The notes under the pieces are model-generated. The model had not been told where the DNA came from, did not search any database, and was given only the letters and a program-made list of their open reading frames with translations. A program made the translations under genes and the position numbers. Positions 12,200-23,953 of a DNA stretch of 64,000 bases are shown here, piece by piece (position 1 is the first letter of the stretch; the number at the start of each line of letters is the position of its first letter). The DNA comes from Heterodontus francisci (Eukaryota). The stretch spans positions 27,976,262 to 28,040,261 of the forward strand of contig NC_090413.1 of the NCBI RefSeq assembly GCF_036365525.1, in the 5' to 3' direction.

Positions 12200-13100
12200 G
12201 GGCGGGGGTTAAACTTACAGGCGATACTAAAATAGCACAGGAAATAATACTGCGGGCCAATGTAAGCTGAGGGGAGGAGGTTGATGAGAGGCTGCAGGTG
12301 GAACAGTGGGGAATGTGCAGCGACACATTTCAGTAAGAACCATAAACTGACGACTGTATCCTGAATGGGGATGGCTGGACAATGTGGAAAATCAGAGGGA
12401 GTTGGGTGAACCAAGATATTTAAAAGCAACACAAGTGGTGGATGTGTTTTTAAAAACTGGAACATTGGGGATTACAGGAAGAGGTAGAGAATCTAAATGT
12501 TGAGGTGTAATGGTGAACAGATATAAACCCGGAGTGACACCAGAGACAGGATGGGCCGGGCCGGACCAGGCCAGAACAGACCAGAGAGTGAGCTCAGTTT
12601 TGGGTCCACACTGCAGGAAGGATGTTGAGACAAGAGAGAGGGAACAGCAGAGTTTCAGGAGGATGCTGCCTGGTCTGAAGAAATGCAAACATGCGGAAAG
12701 TTGGGGCTTTTTTCATTAGAATAACAAGTGTGATTAGATAGAAGGGTTTCAAATTACGAAGGGTGGGGCAGGGAGATAGAAACAAACAGTTCCCAGTGAT
12801 TGAGGGGCTAGAGCGAGGGGACATGGATAGAAGATTAAAACGATTTTGGGCAGAGTGCAGGAGAAAGCTTTACACAGAGAGGTGTGGGGCTGTGGAATGC
12901 ACTGCCAGAGTTAGTCATTGAAACAGAGGCCGTGTTAGCAGTTCCCACTAGGTTAGATAGGCAATTATAGGAGAGTGGAAGCAGGGATATGGGAACAGGA
13001 TGAGTACACGCGATTAAGATACTGCTGAGGGAGAATAAACTCCAACATAGACTGGATGGGCCGAATGGCCTGTCAGTGCTGCCATTTCTATGTAATTCTA
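12200..13100 (+). mobile_element. Old degraded CR1
   Basis: Remnants such as QFWVHTAG and FRRMLPGLK; tail GGGCCGAATGGCCTG at about 13058. Confidence 0.6.
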
Positions 13101-13484
13101 CACAGCATTTTTAAAAAATAGTTTAAAAGAAAATTATTCCAGGAATTATGGATGAGCGAGGCCATTCAGCCCATCTTAGTTCAGAAAGAACCCACCGTCC
13201 CATTGCTCCTTTAAATTATTCCATTGCTGAATCCACAAGTCTATTCCAAGCTTCAGAGAGTGTGTAAAGAAATTCTTCCTTATTTCAGTCCTAACTTTGC
13301 CTTTTGTTAATTTGAATCTGTGTTCTTGTCCTAGATCCACTATTTAATTTGCCCTCCTCTTTACTATCCTACATATTCCTGAACAACATCACCTCTCAGA
13401 CTGAGCAAGTCTCTTCAGAGTTTCGACTCCGACAACTAACTACATGGTCCCACTAACGACAGGCACCAAGCCCACGAACAGCTT

Positions 13485-13850
13485 CACATACTGGACTCGT
13501 AACGCAGGCAGCAAGGGTTCAAAACCCACCTCGGCAGTTTAAAGAATTTCAATTCAATTTACAAATCTGGAAAATTTTACAGCTGGTCTCCATAAAAGTG
13601 GCCGTGAAGCTGTAAGAATGTCAAAAAAAAAAAATACTTGTTCACGAGTGTTTTTTTTTAAAGAGAAGGAAATCTGCTGTCCTTACCCAGTCTGGCCTAT
13701 ATGTGATTCCAGTCCCAGACCAGTGTGGTCAAGTCTGAACTAGCCTCTGAAGTGGCTCAGAAAGCCACTCAGTTGTACCAAGGGGTAACTAGGGATAGGG
13801 GATTAAATAGCTGCCTTGACAGCAATGTCCACATCCTGAGAATAATAAAA
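13485..13850 (+). mobile_element. tRNA-derived SINE with a LINE-derived tail
   Basis: B-box-like GGGTTCAAAACCC and body GGAAATCTGCTGTCCTTACC. Minus-strand copies at 36685-37050 and 47110-47480. Confidence 0.65.
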
Positions 13851-14317
13851 ATATCATGTAAATTCCAGCAAGAAAGTGTCAGTAGCTTCTAACAATGGCC
13901 TGGGGACGAGAACAACACTGCCCACAGAGGAAAGTTTCGCAATGCACATATACCAACCTTCCTCCCTCTCGGTGTCCTTACAGATGTAGATTTCTGGGTT
14001 TGACACTAGAGAGGAGCAGAGACTAATTATAATGTCCCAGTTACAGCCTCGACAGAGTTCATGCAGCAGAGACTGGGGATGTTTTCTGGGCCACTGCTGG
14101 TCTGTACATCTCAAATAAAAGCAAGCCCTGTGTTTATCAGCACCATGGAGGGGGTTTGGGGGAGTAAGGAGTGTAACCTCGAATACCAGTGACACACAAA
14201 ACCCATGTGTAGAAACAGCAATGCTGTTGCCAGCCTCATCCAGGTTAACACAGTCCAAATCTTGCACAACTCAGAGTGCAGACTGAAGCTAACGAAACTC
14301 AAGCTGGCCTCTTCACT

Positions 14318-14330
14318 GTCACGTGACTCA
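14318..14330. promoter_or_regulatory. Palindromic GTCACGTGAC (CLEAR/USF-type E-box) overlapping TGACTCA (AP-1)
   Basis: Exact motif GTCACGTGACTCA about 200 bp upstream of the ST6GALNAC3-like ATG and next to a G-rich tract. Function is not shown. Confidence 0.4.
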
Positions 14331-14523
14331 GGAGGGGGGGGTGGGGGTTGGTGGTGCAGGGAGGAGGGGAAGCGACAGAGAGAAGCTCTGTCATGGTTTC
14401 ACTGCAAGAATGATGCCCTGAGAATGTGTCGATGGCTGTTCGACGCGACGAGAGTCATTTCTCCCACCACAAGCACATCCGCTCCCTGCTCTTCAAACAA
14501 GCTGTGTTGGAGAAGGCGTGAGG

Positions 14524-14544
14524 ATGATTTGTGCACAGAAAAAG
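14524..14544 (+). CDS. ST6GALNAC3-like coding exon 1 (MICAQKK)
   Basis: AGGATGA context and donor AAG|gtaaat, phase 0. Mirrors the short MACILK first exon of human ST6GALNAC3. Confidence 0.7.
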
Positions 14545-14849
14545 GTAAATGCATCTTTCTTTCCACCCAGTTCTCCTTCAGCTGAAATGCAGTGAAACTG
14601 AAAGAGGCAGCCAATGTGATTAGCATCAGCCTTTGTAATGTGATCCTTCACTACAATTGAATTTTAAAAGCTGCACCGTTAGATGCAGACGTGTGTCAAA
14701 CTGGCTGTTTCCCCCCCTCTGTCCTAGTCTTCTAGTTAATTCACAGAAGACTAGGCTGCAGCAAATGTGATGGCATCTGATCAAAGTGCTAAGTGGGAGC
14801 AATAATCTAACCAAGGATTCAGAAACAGACACGGGATCCTAACTCGTAC

Positions 14850-16175
14850 CAAGTCCCGTTCCCTGACACCCCTGTGTTCACTGACCTACATTGGCTCCCA
14901 GTCCAGCAGTGCCTCCATTTTTAAATTCTCAGCCTCGTTTCCAAATCCCTCCATAACCTCATCCCCCCCCCCCCCCCCCCCTCCCCCCATCTCTAACCTC
15001 CTCCAGTCTCACAATCCTCCGAGATCTCTACGCTCCCCTAATTCTGGCCTCTTGTGCATCCCCCATTTAAAATCGCTCGACCACTGGAGGCCCTGCCTTC
15101 AGTTGCCGAGGTCCCAAGATCTGGAATTCCCTCCCTCCTATTTCTAGTCGACATGCTGCCCCTCAGTGACATCATCCGAAAGCTCAGGGTTAGTTGTCAC
15201 ATGTACACTGACGACACCCAGCTCTACCTCACCACCACCTCTCTCAACTCTTCCACTGTTAAATTATCAGACTGATTATCCAACATCCAGTACTGGAATG
15301 AGCAGAAATTTCCTCCAATTAAATATTGGGGATACTGAAGAAATTTTAGGCCCCCTCCCCCCACTCCAAACTCCATTCTCTAACTACCAATTCCATCCCT
15401 CTCCCTGGCAACAGTCTGTGATTAAGCCAGTCTGTTCACAACCTTGGTGTTACATTTGACCCTGAGATGAGCTTCCGACCTTGTATTTGATCCATCACTA
15501 AGACCGCCTATTTCCATCTCAGTATCACCCGACTTCGCCCCTGTCTCAGCTCATTTGCTGCTGAAACTCTCATTCATGCCTTCGTTACCTCTAGACTTGA
15601 CTATTCCAATTCACTCCTGGACGGTCTCCCACGTTCTACTCTCTGTAAACTTGAGGTCATCCAAAACTCTGCTGCTCGTGTCTCAATTTGCATCAAATCC
15701 CATTCCCCTATAACCCCTGTGCTCTCGGACCTACACTGGCTTCCAGTCAAGCAAAGTCTTGATTTTAAAATTCTTATCTTTGTTTTCAAATCCCTCCATG
15801 GCCTCACCCCTCCCTAGCCTCACCCCTCCCTATCTCTGTAACCTCCTCCAGCCCCACAATCCTCTGAGATCTCTGCGTTCCTCTAACTCTGGCCTCGCAC
15901 GCATCCCCATTTAAAATCACTCCACCATTGGTGGCCGTGCCCTCAGCTGCTGAGGCCCCAAGCTCTGGAATTCCCTCCTGACACCCTCTCCACATCTCCT
16001 CATTTTCCTCCTTTAAGACATTTAAAACCTACGTCTTTGATCAAGCTTTGGGTCATCTGACCCAATATCTCTTTCTGTGGCTCAGTTTCATATTTTGTTT
16101 CATTATGTTCCTGTAAAGTGCCTGGGGACCTTTTGTTACAGTAAAGGCGCTATATAAATTTAAGTAGTTGTTATT
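14850..16175 (+). mobile_element. L2 LINE: a 3' fragment followed by a 5'-truncated copy, in intron 1
   Basis: RT motif [21 protein letters not shown], and 3' tail AAAGGCGCTATATAAAT. The join at about 15135 falls in a CCCTCCCT run. Confidence 0.8.
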
Positions 16176-16289
16176 CTGCACTCACTTTCGGGACAATCCA
16201 TCCTTTCTGAGGTGCAGTGCCCAGACTGATCGCAGTGCTCTACGTGAGGTTAATTATGTGACCTTTAACTAATTTGTGTTTTTACCCAG

Positions 16290-16493
16290 CGGAACGTTCT
16301 GGTAGCGGTGGCTCTGACTGGAGGTGTGACGTTCATTGTTGCCTTGGTGCACTACATCCATCAGTCTCCCTATCCCATAATACTCTCACAGTTGGCCGGT
16401 GAGTCTGGCCGCAGCAGCCGGACTCATTTTCTTGGTGCTTTTGGACAAGATGCCGAGGTGCTGCGAGGTTATGTTAGCCTGGCAGAGGAGCAG
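16290..16493 (+). CDS. ST6GALNAC3-like exon 2 (signal anchor and stem)
   Basis: tttttacccag|RNVLVAVALTGGVTFIVALVHY...RGYVSLAEEQ|gtatgt; 204 nt, phase 0/0. Confidence 0.85.
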
Positions 16494-17103
16494 GTATGTG
16501 CCCCTCACTCAATGGAAAGCTTTGTGAATCGCCCAAACTTGCACTGCATGAAAGCCTTGCATTTCTATAGCACCTTTCACAACCTCAGGACATCCCAAAG
16601 TGCTTCACAGCAAATGAAAGATTTTTTGAAATGCAGTCACTGTTGTAATGTAGGAAACGCAGCAGCCAATTTGTGCACAGTAAGATCCCATGTGATAATG
16701 AACCAGTTAATCGGCTTCTGTGATGTTGATTGAGGGACAAATATTGGCCCAGGACACCGGGGAGAACTCCGCTGCTCTTCTCCAAAATAGCACTGGAGGA
16801 TTCTATGTCCACCTGCAGAGGCAGATGGAGCATCCCGTTCACTGTCTCATCCAAAAGACGGCCCCTGCGACAGGGCGGCGGCCCCTCGGAACTGCCCCCT
16901 GACAGGGCGGCACTGCCCCTTGGCACTGCATTTGGAGTGTCGGCCTAGAAACAGCATTGCTGCACCCCATGACAGAAAAGGCGGCTCACCGTCACAATCC
17001 ACATTCACACTGTGAAGAGTGGTTTGGAGATAATGGTGCACCTACGATGATATAGAAAGTGAGGGCAGGAGACTGAAGTGTGCGTGTGTTTGTCTGTCTG
17101 CAG

Positions 17104-17510
17104 CCTCTCGCACTCCGCTGTCAGCAGTGCAGCATTGTCTCCAGCTCTGGACAGATGCTGGGCACGAGCCTGGGAGCAGAGATCGACCAATCAGAGTGTG
17201 TTTGGAGGATGAACAATGCACCAACTGAGGGTTATCAGACTGACGTGGGCAGTAAGACTACAGTTAGAGTGGTGTCTCACACCAGCACCCCCCTGCTCCT
17301 CCGACAAGAACCATTCACCTCCCACCTCAACAGCTCCATCTACATCTTCTGGGGTCCTCAGCGGAACATGCGACGCGACGGGAAAGGCGTGGTCTACAAC
17401 ATCCTCAGGACCGTTCAAAATCACTTCCCATCTGCCAGGCTTTACATTCTGACCGAGGAGCAGATGAGATACTGTGACATCGCTTTTAAAAGAGAGACAG
17501 GGAAGGACAG
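17104..17510 (+). CDS. ST6GALNAC3-like exon 3 (sialylmotif L)
   Basis: CSIVSSSGQM...IDQSECVWRMNNAPT...DVG...RVVSHTS...ETGKDR; ctgcag acceptor and gtaagg donor; 407 nt, phase 0/2. Confidence 0.95.
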
Positions 17511-17534
17511 GTAAGGAAAACAAGATTACAGGAT

Positions 17535-17842
17535 TGGGCTGCCACCTCCCTGGAACATTTCCTAAAACAGGATGCTCTCGTCACATCAGTGAGATAGATC
17601 ACCAACTCTCCAGGATTTCCCTAGTGTTTCCAGGAATTCCAGGTGAATCTCTAGCATGTTGCTGCAAGTAAACCCAGGAGAAAAAGAAAACAAAATCGGT
17701 ATTAAAAAAAGAATCTATCAGTTTTCTTCGATATTGTAATTTTCATTTATTATAAAAATATCAGACAGGGGAAGAGAAAGGCTGTTTGTCTAGGTGAGGT
17801 AATGAAAACTCCAGGAATAGGTCATGCCAGAGTTGGCAACTT
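17535..17842. mobile_element. Non-autonomous hAT-like MITE (GGTTGCCAAC-type inverted ends)
   Basis: Left GGGCTGCCAC, right GAGTTGGCAAC. Related copies at about 57895-58105 and 59445-59670. Confidence 0.45.
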
Positions 17843-18056
17843 AAGTATGAGTCACCCAGGTTTAGGTTCCAGCAGATGCCTCATTTGCCCAAAGGCTGGT
17901 GACTCGTGCTGAGGTTTATCATCACTGGCACCCACTGCCTTTGCCCACGTTCAGCCCCACCCCCACACACACACCGGGATCAGAATCAGGAACTGGTGTT
18001 CAGTGCTCTGAAAAATCCTCCGGCTGTAACCCCCTCTCTCTCTGTCTCTGTTCCAG

Positions 18057-18164
18057 GGTGCTGTCTGGCTCCTATCTCAGTACTGGCTGGTTTACCTTCA
18101 TCTTGGCTATGGAAGCTTGCAGCACTATCCATGTGTATGGGATGATCAATGACACTTACTGCAG
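18057..18164 (+). CDS. ST6GALNAC3-like exon 4 (sialylmotif S)
   Basis: VLSGSYLSTGWFTFILAMEACSTIHVYGMINDTYC; ttccag acceptor and gtatca donor; 108 nt, phase 2/2. Confidence 0.95.
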
Positions 18165-19448
18165 GTATCACATCATCTACGCACAAGTACACCTCCCACC
18201 CACAACATTCACCCTCTTGTAATGTTCCCTCCCCTCCCCCCACAACACGTGCACACATCCTCCAGTCACCCCTTTGGTGCGCAGAAGCCGTGCTCAACGT
18301 GTGAGCCACAGCAGTGTCAGGCTTTTCAACCATGGAAGGCATCACAGGTACACTCACCCCGTTCCTTCTGCATTAATTGAACAGACAATATCCAGCAGAG
18401 GCGATGAAATACTGATCAGAAATGGGAAAGCAGCCTGAATATGAGCACAGCATATTCGAAGAGGCTCGAGCTGAAAGAGATCCCCTTCCCCATATACACA
18501 CACCGGGATCAGAGAGATTACCCCACCCCACCCCCACCCCCACCCCACCCCCACCCCCACCCCACACACATCTGGGAGAGACAAGAGTTTCGGGTGGATT
18601 TGAATTGAGTTTTTTGGGGATATAAAGTGCTGTCAGGAAAGAACACAAGTTGTTTCAGGAATTGAGGATCTGGAGAGGCCCAAGGTATTGAGCAGAAGCA
18701 GAAGGGATTAGGTAGAGACTGTCAGACATCAGAGGGAGAAGGTGCTGGCTGGTCTCGCCAGAGGCATGAATCAGATGATTAATTACCCCAAAACCAGCTC
18801 AGTCTGGGTAATGAACACAGAATGGGCCCAATACACTTGGACGAGACACTCCAAATGAAGCACAGGGAACAATGACCAAGGTGGACTCAGTGTGCAAAGA
18901 CTGGAGAGTCTATTAACATTCTCTCGATCACATTAGAGCTTTCAGATCTAGGACCCCAAGTGTGGGGGTTTCCAATTTCTTCACAGTTTAGCCAAGTGAA
19001 AAAAACATTTCAGTCCCGAATTACGGGGTGGGGAGGGGAGAAAATAACCTGCATTTCTGTAGCATCTTTCACAATCTCAAGCTGCCGCAAAGCATTTCAC
19101 AACAGTCGTCACTGTTGCAATGTAGGAAACACAGCAGCCAAATTTGCGCAGAGCAAGATCCCACAAGCAGCCACGTGAGCAGATCATGCGTTTTAGTGAT
19201 GTTGGTTGAGAGATAAATATTGGCCCCAGGACACCAGGGAGAACTCCCCTGCCGCTTCATCAAAAATAGTGCAATGGGATGTTTTACATCCACCAGAGAG
19301 TGCAGACGGGGGAAGAACAGACCGACACGTGGGCCCTGTGTACATGTGACATTATTTCATCAATAGTCTCAGTTGGGTTCAGGATTTGCTGGTCCCTGGA
19401 ACATTCCTTGGGAAATTTAAATTGCATCTCTCTCTCTCCTGTTTACAG

Positions 19449-19638
19449 AACCGAAGGACACAGAAACGTCCCATACCATTACTACGAAGCAAACGGACAG
19501 GAGGAGTGCGCAGAGTATTACATGCACGAGAATGCGAGATACGGAGGGCACAGGTTCATCACGGAGAAAAGCGTCTTCGCAAAGTGGGCGAAGGAGAGGA
19601 AGATCAAATTCTTCAATCCGACCTGGCAAATCTCCTGA
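19449..19638 (+). CDS. ST6GALNAC3-like exon 5 (motifs III and VS, stop codon)
   Basis: TEGHRNVPYHYYE...GGHRFITEKSVFAKWA...PTWQIS*. The joined CDS is 930 nt = 309 aa plus stop. Confidence 0.95.
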
Positions 19639-19713
19639 CACAAATGGAGCAGCTTCTCTAAGGATCAGGGAGTCTCACTCAAACCCACATTGGCAACACT
19701 GAAACAATGGGAC

Positions 19714-19886
19714 AATAAAGCAATGACTCTTCCACTTCGAATTTCAGAAATGCTAGAAATAAAAGGACCATATTCTCCAGTGTGATGACCAGTGTGGCTG
19801 TTACTTTGTCTTCAGCTGGAAAGACAGCTGGAGTGAAGCTGCATTGTTAGTTTGAGACTGTGGAACTTGAACTGGTTAGAAATAAA
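19714..19886 (+). terminator. Candidate polyadenylation signals
   Basis: AATAAA at 19714, 19758 and 19881, downstream of the stop codon. Confidence 0.4.
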
Positions 19887-20714
19887 TCCAGACAAAAGGG
19901 ACAAAAAGTCAGGAGAATCCAAAAGAAAAGTTGAAGAAAGTTTAGTTCATCTTTCTTGTATTTTAACTCTCCCACTACTAATATTTTTCTGCCAACACCT
20001 TGCAAACATTAATCATTAAAAGGAGCTAAGAAACTGTTTTAATTATTGTTCGCAATTTTAACTTTAGAAGGGTTTTGGTGCCCAGCTCTGCCCCGGTGAC
20101 CCGTGAGCACCAGGGTTTTTGTCTGATCAGATGTCTGCTGGTAACTGGGATCAATCCCAGGACACGTCGAAGTTCACCAGCCTCCAGTATCCCCCCTTGC
20201 TCCAGTTCAGGGTATTTTTTGGGCATCTTTCAGTTGTCGACTGAGAAGACCCAGGGTGGTAGGAACCAGTGTCAGTAACACAGCTGCCGGAAAGCAGCCG
20301 TTTCGCTACTGTCTCTCTCAGCAGCCCAGCCAACAAAAGCAAGAAATGTTGAACCTGCCAAATTCTTCAGTAAGGAGAGTGCATGTGACCTGGGGAACTT
20401 GTATTATTACAGGGTCAGTCTAGGCCAGGCCAGTTATACCAGTTATAGAAATCACATAATATAGCACAGAAAGAGGCCTTTAAACTCATCGTGCTTGTGC
20501 TGGCTCTTTGGTAGATCTATTCAATTAGTCCCACTCCCCTGTTCTTTCCACGTGGCCATGAAAATGTTTCTTTTTAATCATTTTATCCAATTCCCTTGCG
20601 AAAGTCACTATCAAACCTGCTTCCACCACCCTTTCACACAGCGCATTCCAGATGTTACAGATCGAGGTGGGAGGAGTTCACTGTTTATTCTGGTTCCACT
20701 TCTCCACAGGTCAA

Positions 20715-20816
20715 TACACACACACCCCTACCCCTACACACACACACACACCCCTACACCTACACACACACACACACCCCTACACACACACCCCTACACA
20801 CACACACCTACACACC
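20715..20816. repeat. (CA)n / CCCCTACACA microsatellite
   Basis: Read directly from the sequence. Confidence 0.9.
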
Positions 20817-20819
20817 TAT

Positions 20820-20927
20820 CTGGTTGTTGTGTTTTATTCTGGGATAAAAATAGAGTCTATGATTGACCATATCGGTGTGTGTCTCATAGACTCTACTTTT
20901 ATCCCAGAATAAAAACACATCAACCAG
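20820..20927. repeat. Near-perfect inverted repeat (arms about 43 bp, 21-nt loop)
   Basis: CTGGTTGTTGTGTTTTATTCTGGGATAAAAATAGAGTCTATGA pairs with TCATAGACTCTACTTTTATCCCAGAATAAAAACACATCAACCAG. Confidence 0.9.
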
Positions 20928-22355
20928 GTTTCTTTAATAAACAGCAAAACTATCAGATTATAAAATAAGTCTTAACCAGGAACAAAGCCAAGCACAAACA
21001 CAGATCGAAATATAAAAGCTTCCATTTTATCCTTTAACACATGCACTAACCAGAAAAACAAATATTTACTCGAGAGTTCTAATACAAAAAATAATATGTT
21101 GGCCAAAAATACTTGCTAATTCTTAAAGAAAAGAGAAGATACGAAAAGATGTCAGAAGTCCTCTTCTAGTTTGGTGTCCCAGCTATGTATAGACAACTCT
21201 CACTGGGATCTTCCTAGAACAGCTCTCATTAAGCAACATTGAAGATCAGTTTGGGCAGGCTTTCCAGAGAAAATGCACTAACAGGGATTTCAGACAGTTT
21301 CTTACACTTGCTACTCAAGAGAAGGAAAACTGGCAGGCTTTTTCAAAGAGCTGGAACAGATTGAGCTGGGTTTTGCTCCCTTGGCAAGTTTTCTCCAACT
21401 GTCTTTTCAAACCCTTGTCCACACCCCAACTCACTGTCCAAAGTGAAACCGAAAAAAGATGTCACAAGAATCGAGCCTCCTGACCCCTATAAATCTTGAC
21501 CTGTCACTTCTTTGTAAACATCTTTCCCCAAGTCAAAAACAATCCCTGCTGGGTAATTATTTGAAGACAGGTGCCTCCCAGTAACTTAACAATCCAGGCC
21601 TCTCAGTGACCCTTGTAAAAAAAACACATCCATGGACTCCTTTTCAGTTTTTAACCACACATCTTCAAAATTTAACAAAAAAAAGTGGAAGCACTCATAA
21701 CAGATCACAACAACTCACTGGGTTTAGGTTCTCCTCATCTCTGCTCTGGTAACATAGGAACATTGAAATTAGGAGCAGGAGTAGGCCATTCGGCCCCTCG
21801 AGCCTGCACAGTTTGATAAGATGACGGCTGATCTGAACATGACCTCAACTCCACTTCCCTGTCTGCCTTGTCTATCAAGAATTTAACTCAGCATCTCCTG
21901 CTGTCTGAGGAAGTCAATTCCATAGACTAACGACCCTCAAAGAAAAACTTTCTCCGTACGGTGCAGCTTAAATCGGTGTCCCTCTGGTTACTGACTCTTC
22001 TCGTCACTGGAAACAGTTTCTCCCTATTTACTCTATCAAAACCCACATAACCCGACACATGATCTGAAGCCAGTGAGGAGAGATCCAGCCAGATTTCCAG
22101 TTACTGATGGCTGTGTAGTGACTACACCTGCTGCCTGAGAACTTCATATGAGGACAGAATGGGGCTCAGGGGTGATGACTTCCAAAGTCGATTAGGCTGC
22201 TTGTATTATTTATGCTCAAACATTAGGATAGGCCACTTGAGAGAGTAAGCATCGGCCAGGGTCTCTGTACCCGGACATCAACTTGAAAATTAGGAATAAA
22301 GGTAATGACTATAAAAAGTGCTAGCTAATCTCCCATGGCATTTTACCCCATTAAA

Positions 22356-22582
22356 GCACCGCACTAGCTCAGTTGGCTAGACGGCTAGTGCATGATGCAG
22401 AAAGACACCAACTGCGCGGGTTCAATTCCCATACCGGCTGTGGTAGTCCATGGAGGCCTACCTCCTCGCCTTGCCCTCATGCTCGAGGAGTGGTGACCCT
22501 CAAACTATATCACCAACTCTCTCTCGCTCTCTAATCAGGAGAGATGCCTATGGTCCTTTGGGACTACGGCGAGAATAAATAA
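22356..22582 (+). mobile_element. tRNA-derived SINE
   Basis: A box TAGCTCAGTTGG at 22365 and B box GGTTCAATTCC at 22419, continuing into a non-tRNA body. Confidence 0.65.
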
Positions 22583-23953
22583 CAAATTTGATCAGGACTG
22601 CTGATTTATGGTGATAAAATAGTTAAATTCTCTTTGTCAAGTGAGCCAGCTGTGATTGGGAAGAGTTGCAAGTAGTAACCGTGATACAGGAGACGTGCAC
22701 CAAATCTGTAGCTCAGTATAAGACTGACTCAGTCGGAGATCACAACATCTCTCCACAAGATGGCAGCAAATGCTCACTTTTCCTTAATCTGTATTATACC
22801 GGGGACGGGATGGACTTGACCCTCTTTAAAAGGCAGTGGAAATCTGAAACTCTCCCCTTAAAAAGCTATGGATTCTGAGGGACAATTGGAGGTTTCAAAA
22901 CTCACATTGATCGATATTTGTTGGATAATAGGAATCAAAGCCAAAGAACTAAGGCAGGTAAATGGAGTGAGATACAGATTAACCAGAACCTAGTGCAGCA
23001 GGTTGACAGGGCTGAGTGATTTACGTCAGTTTCAATATTTCATTCAGGGCCCTTTCTTTTTAATATCACAAATTTAAGTTACAACATTCAAAATAGTTAT
23101 TCTTAATGTGAATGTCAGCGTGTGTGTGTGCACACCAGGGTGGCGAGGAGGAGTGTCACCATGTAGTCTTATTTTGATGAAAACCGAGGAGGGACGATAG
23201 TGCACTAAACACTTAGGTCAACATTCATTCCCTGAAATGGAATCAACAGCCCTGTGGGGACCAGCGGTGAAGCTGAACTGAAGTAGTGCACAGCAAGAGG
23301 CAACAGCTTCAGCCCAGTGCACACGGAATGATCTAATGACCTGTCTACTACAGTTCTATTTTAGGCTGCGAGAATGATTCAGTTCACAGCAACTGCAGGA
23401 AGTGACAAGATAAGAAATCATTTTAAATATTTGCATTTATATGGACTCTATCAATGAAACATTACTGTGTCACTGGACAATCTATTTTTGAAGTGTATAA
23501 CTGTTGTTGCATAAACACAACAGACACACAGATAACCAAGTAATCAATGTGTATTTGTGGTGTTGGTAGAGGTAGGAATGTCACTCAGATCATCACTACT
23601 CTTTGAATAATCCCCTGGGATCTTGAATATCCTCCTGATCATGTAGGCAGCATTCAGTGTAACATCTCACCAAACAGTGGCTTGACAATGTATGAGAAAC
23701 AATAGCTATACACAAGCTTTGTCAATCTGATTAGTAACACCTACAGCCTAGGAGTTGTTACAGAAACCACTTTCAAAAGAGAGAACAAGAAAATCAAGCA
23801 AGAGTTAGAGAAAGGAGCAAAGTATCGATAAAGTTTTCAGATTGACCATCAGTGTCAAATAAAGAGAGAAAAAACCTTTTTTCACATTGGATTTTACTAA
23901 CCTGTAACTGAAAATTCACAAGCTCCTTCCAATCTGCAAACTTCCCCCATCAA

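Larger units (their letters stand above)
20653..21702 (-). mobile_element. Solo-LTR-like insertion (TGTTA...TAACA) inside a CR1 fragment
   Basis: Has inverted termini and splits the CR1 phrase GCATTCCAGATCACAACAACTCACTG, whose equivalent is uninterrupted at 45241-45270. Confidence 0.6.

Noticed and set aside
17967-18513. 18-bp direct repeat ACACACACCGGGATCAGA on both sides of sialyltransferase exon 4
   Set aside because: Short and partly low-complexity, with no sign of an element or function.
22356-22440. tRNA gene
   Set aside because: A and B boxes are present but I see no cloverleaf or poly-T terminator; it continues into a SINE body. The same applies at 46447.
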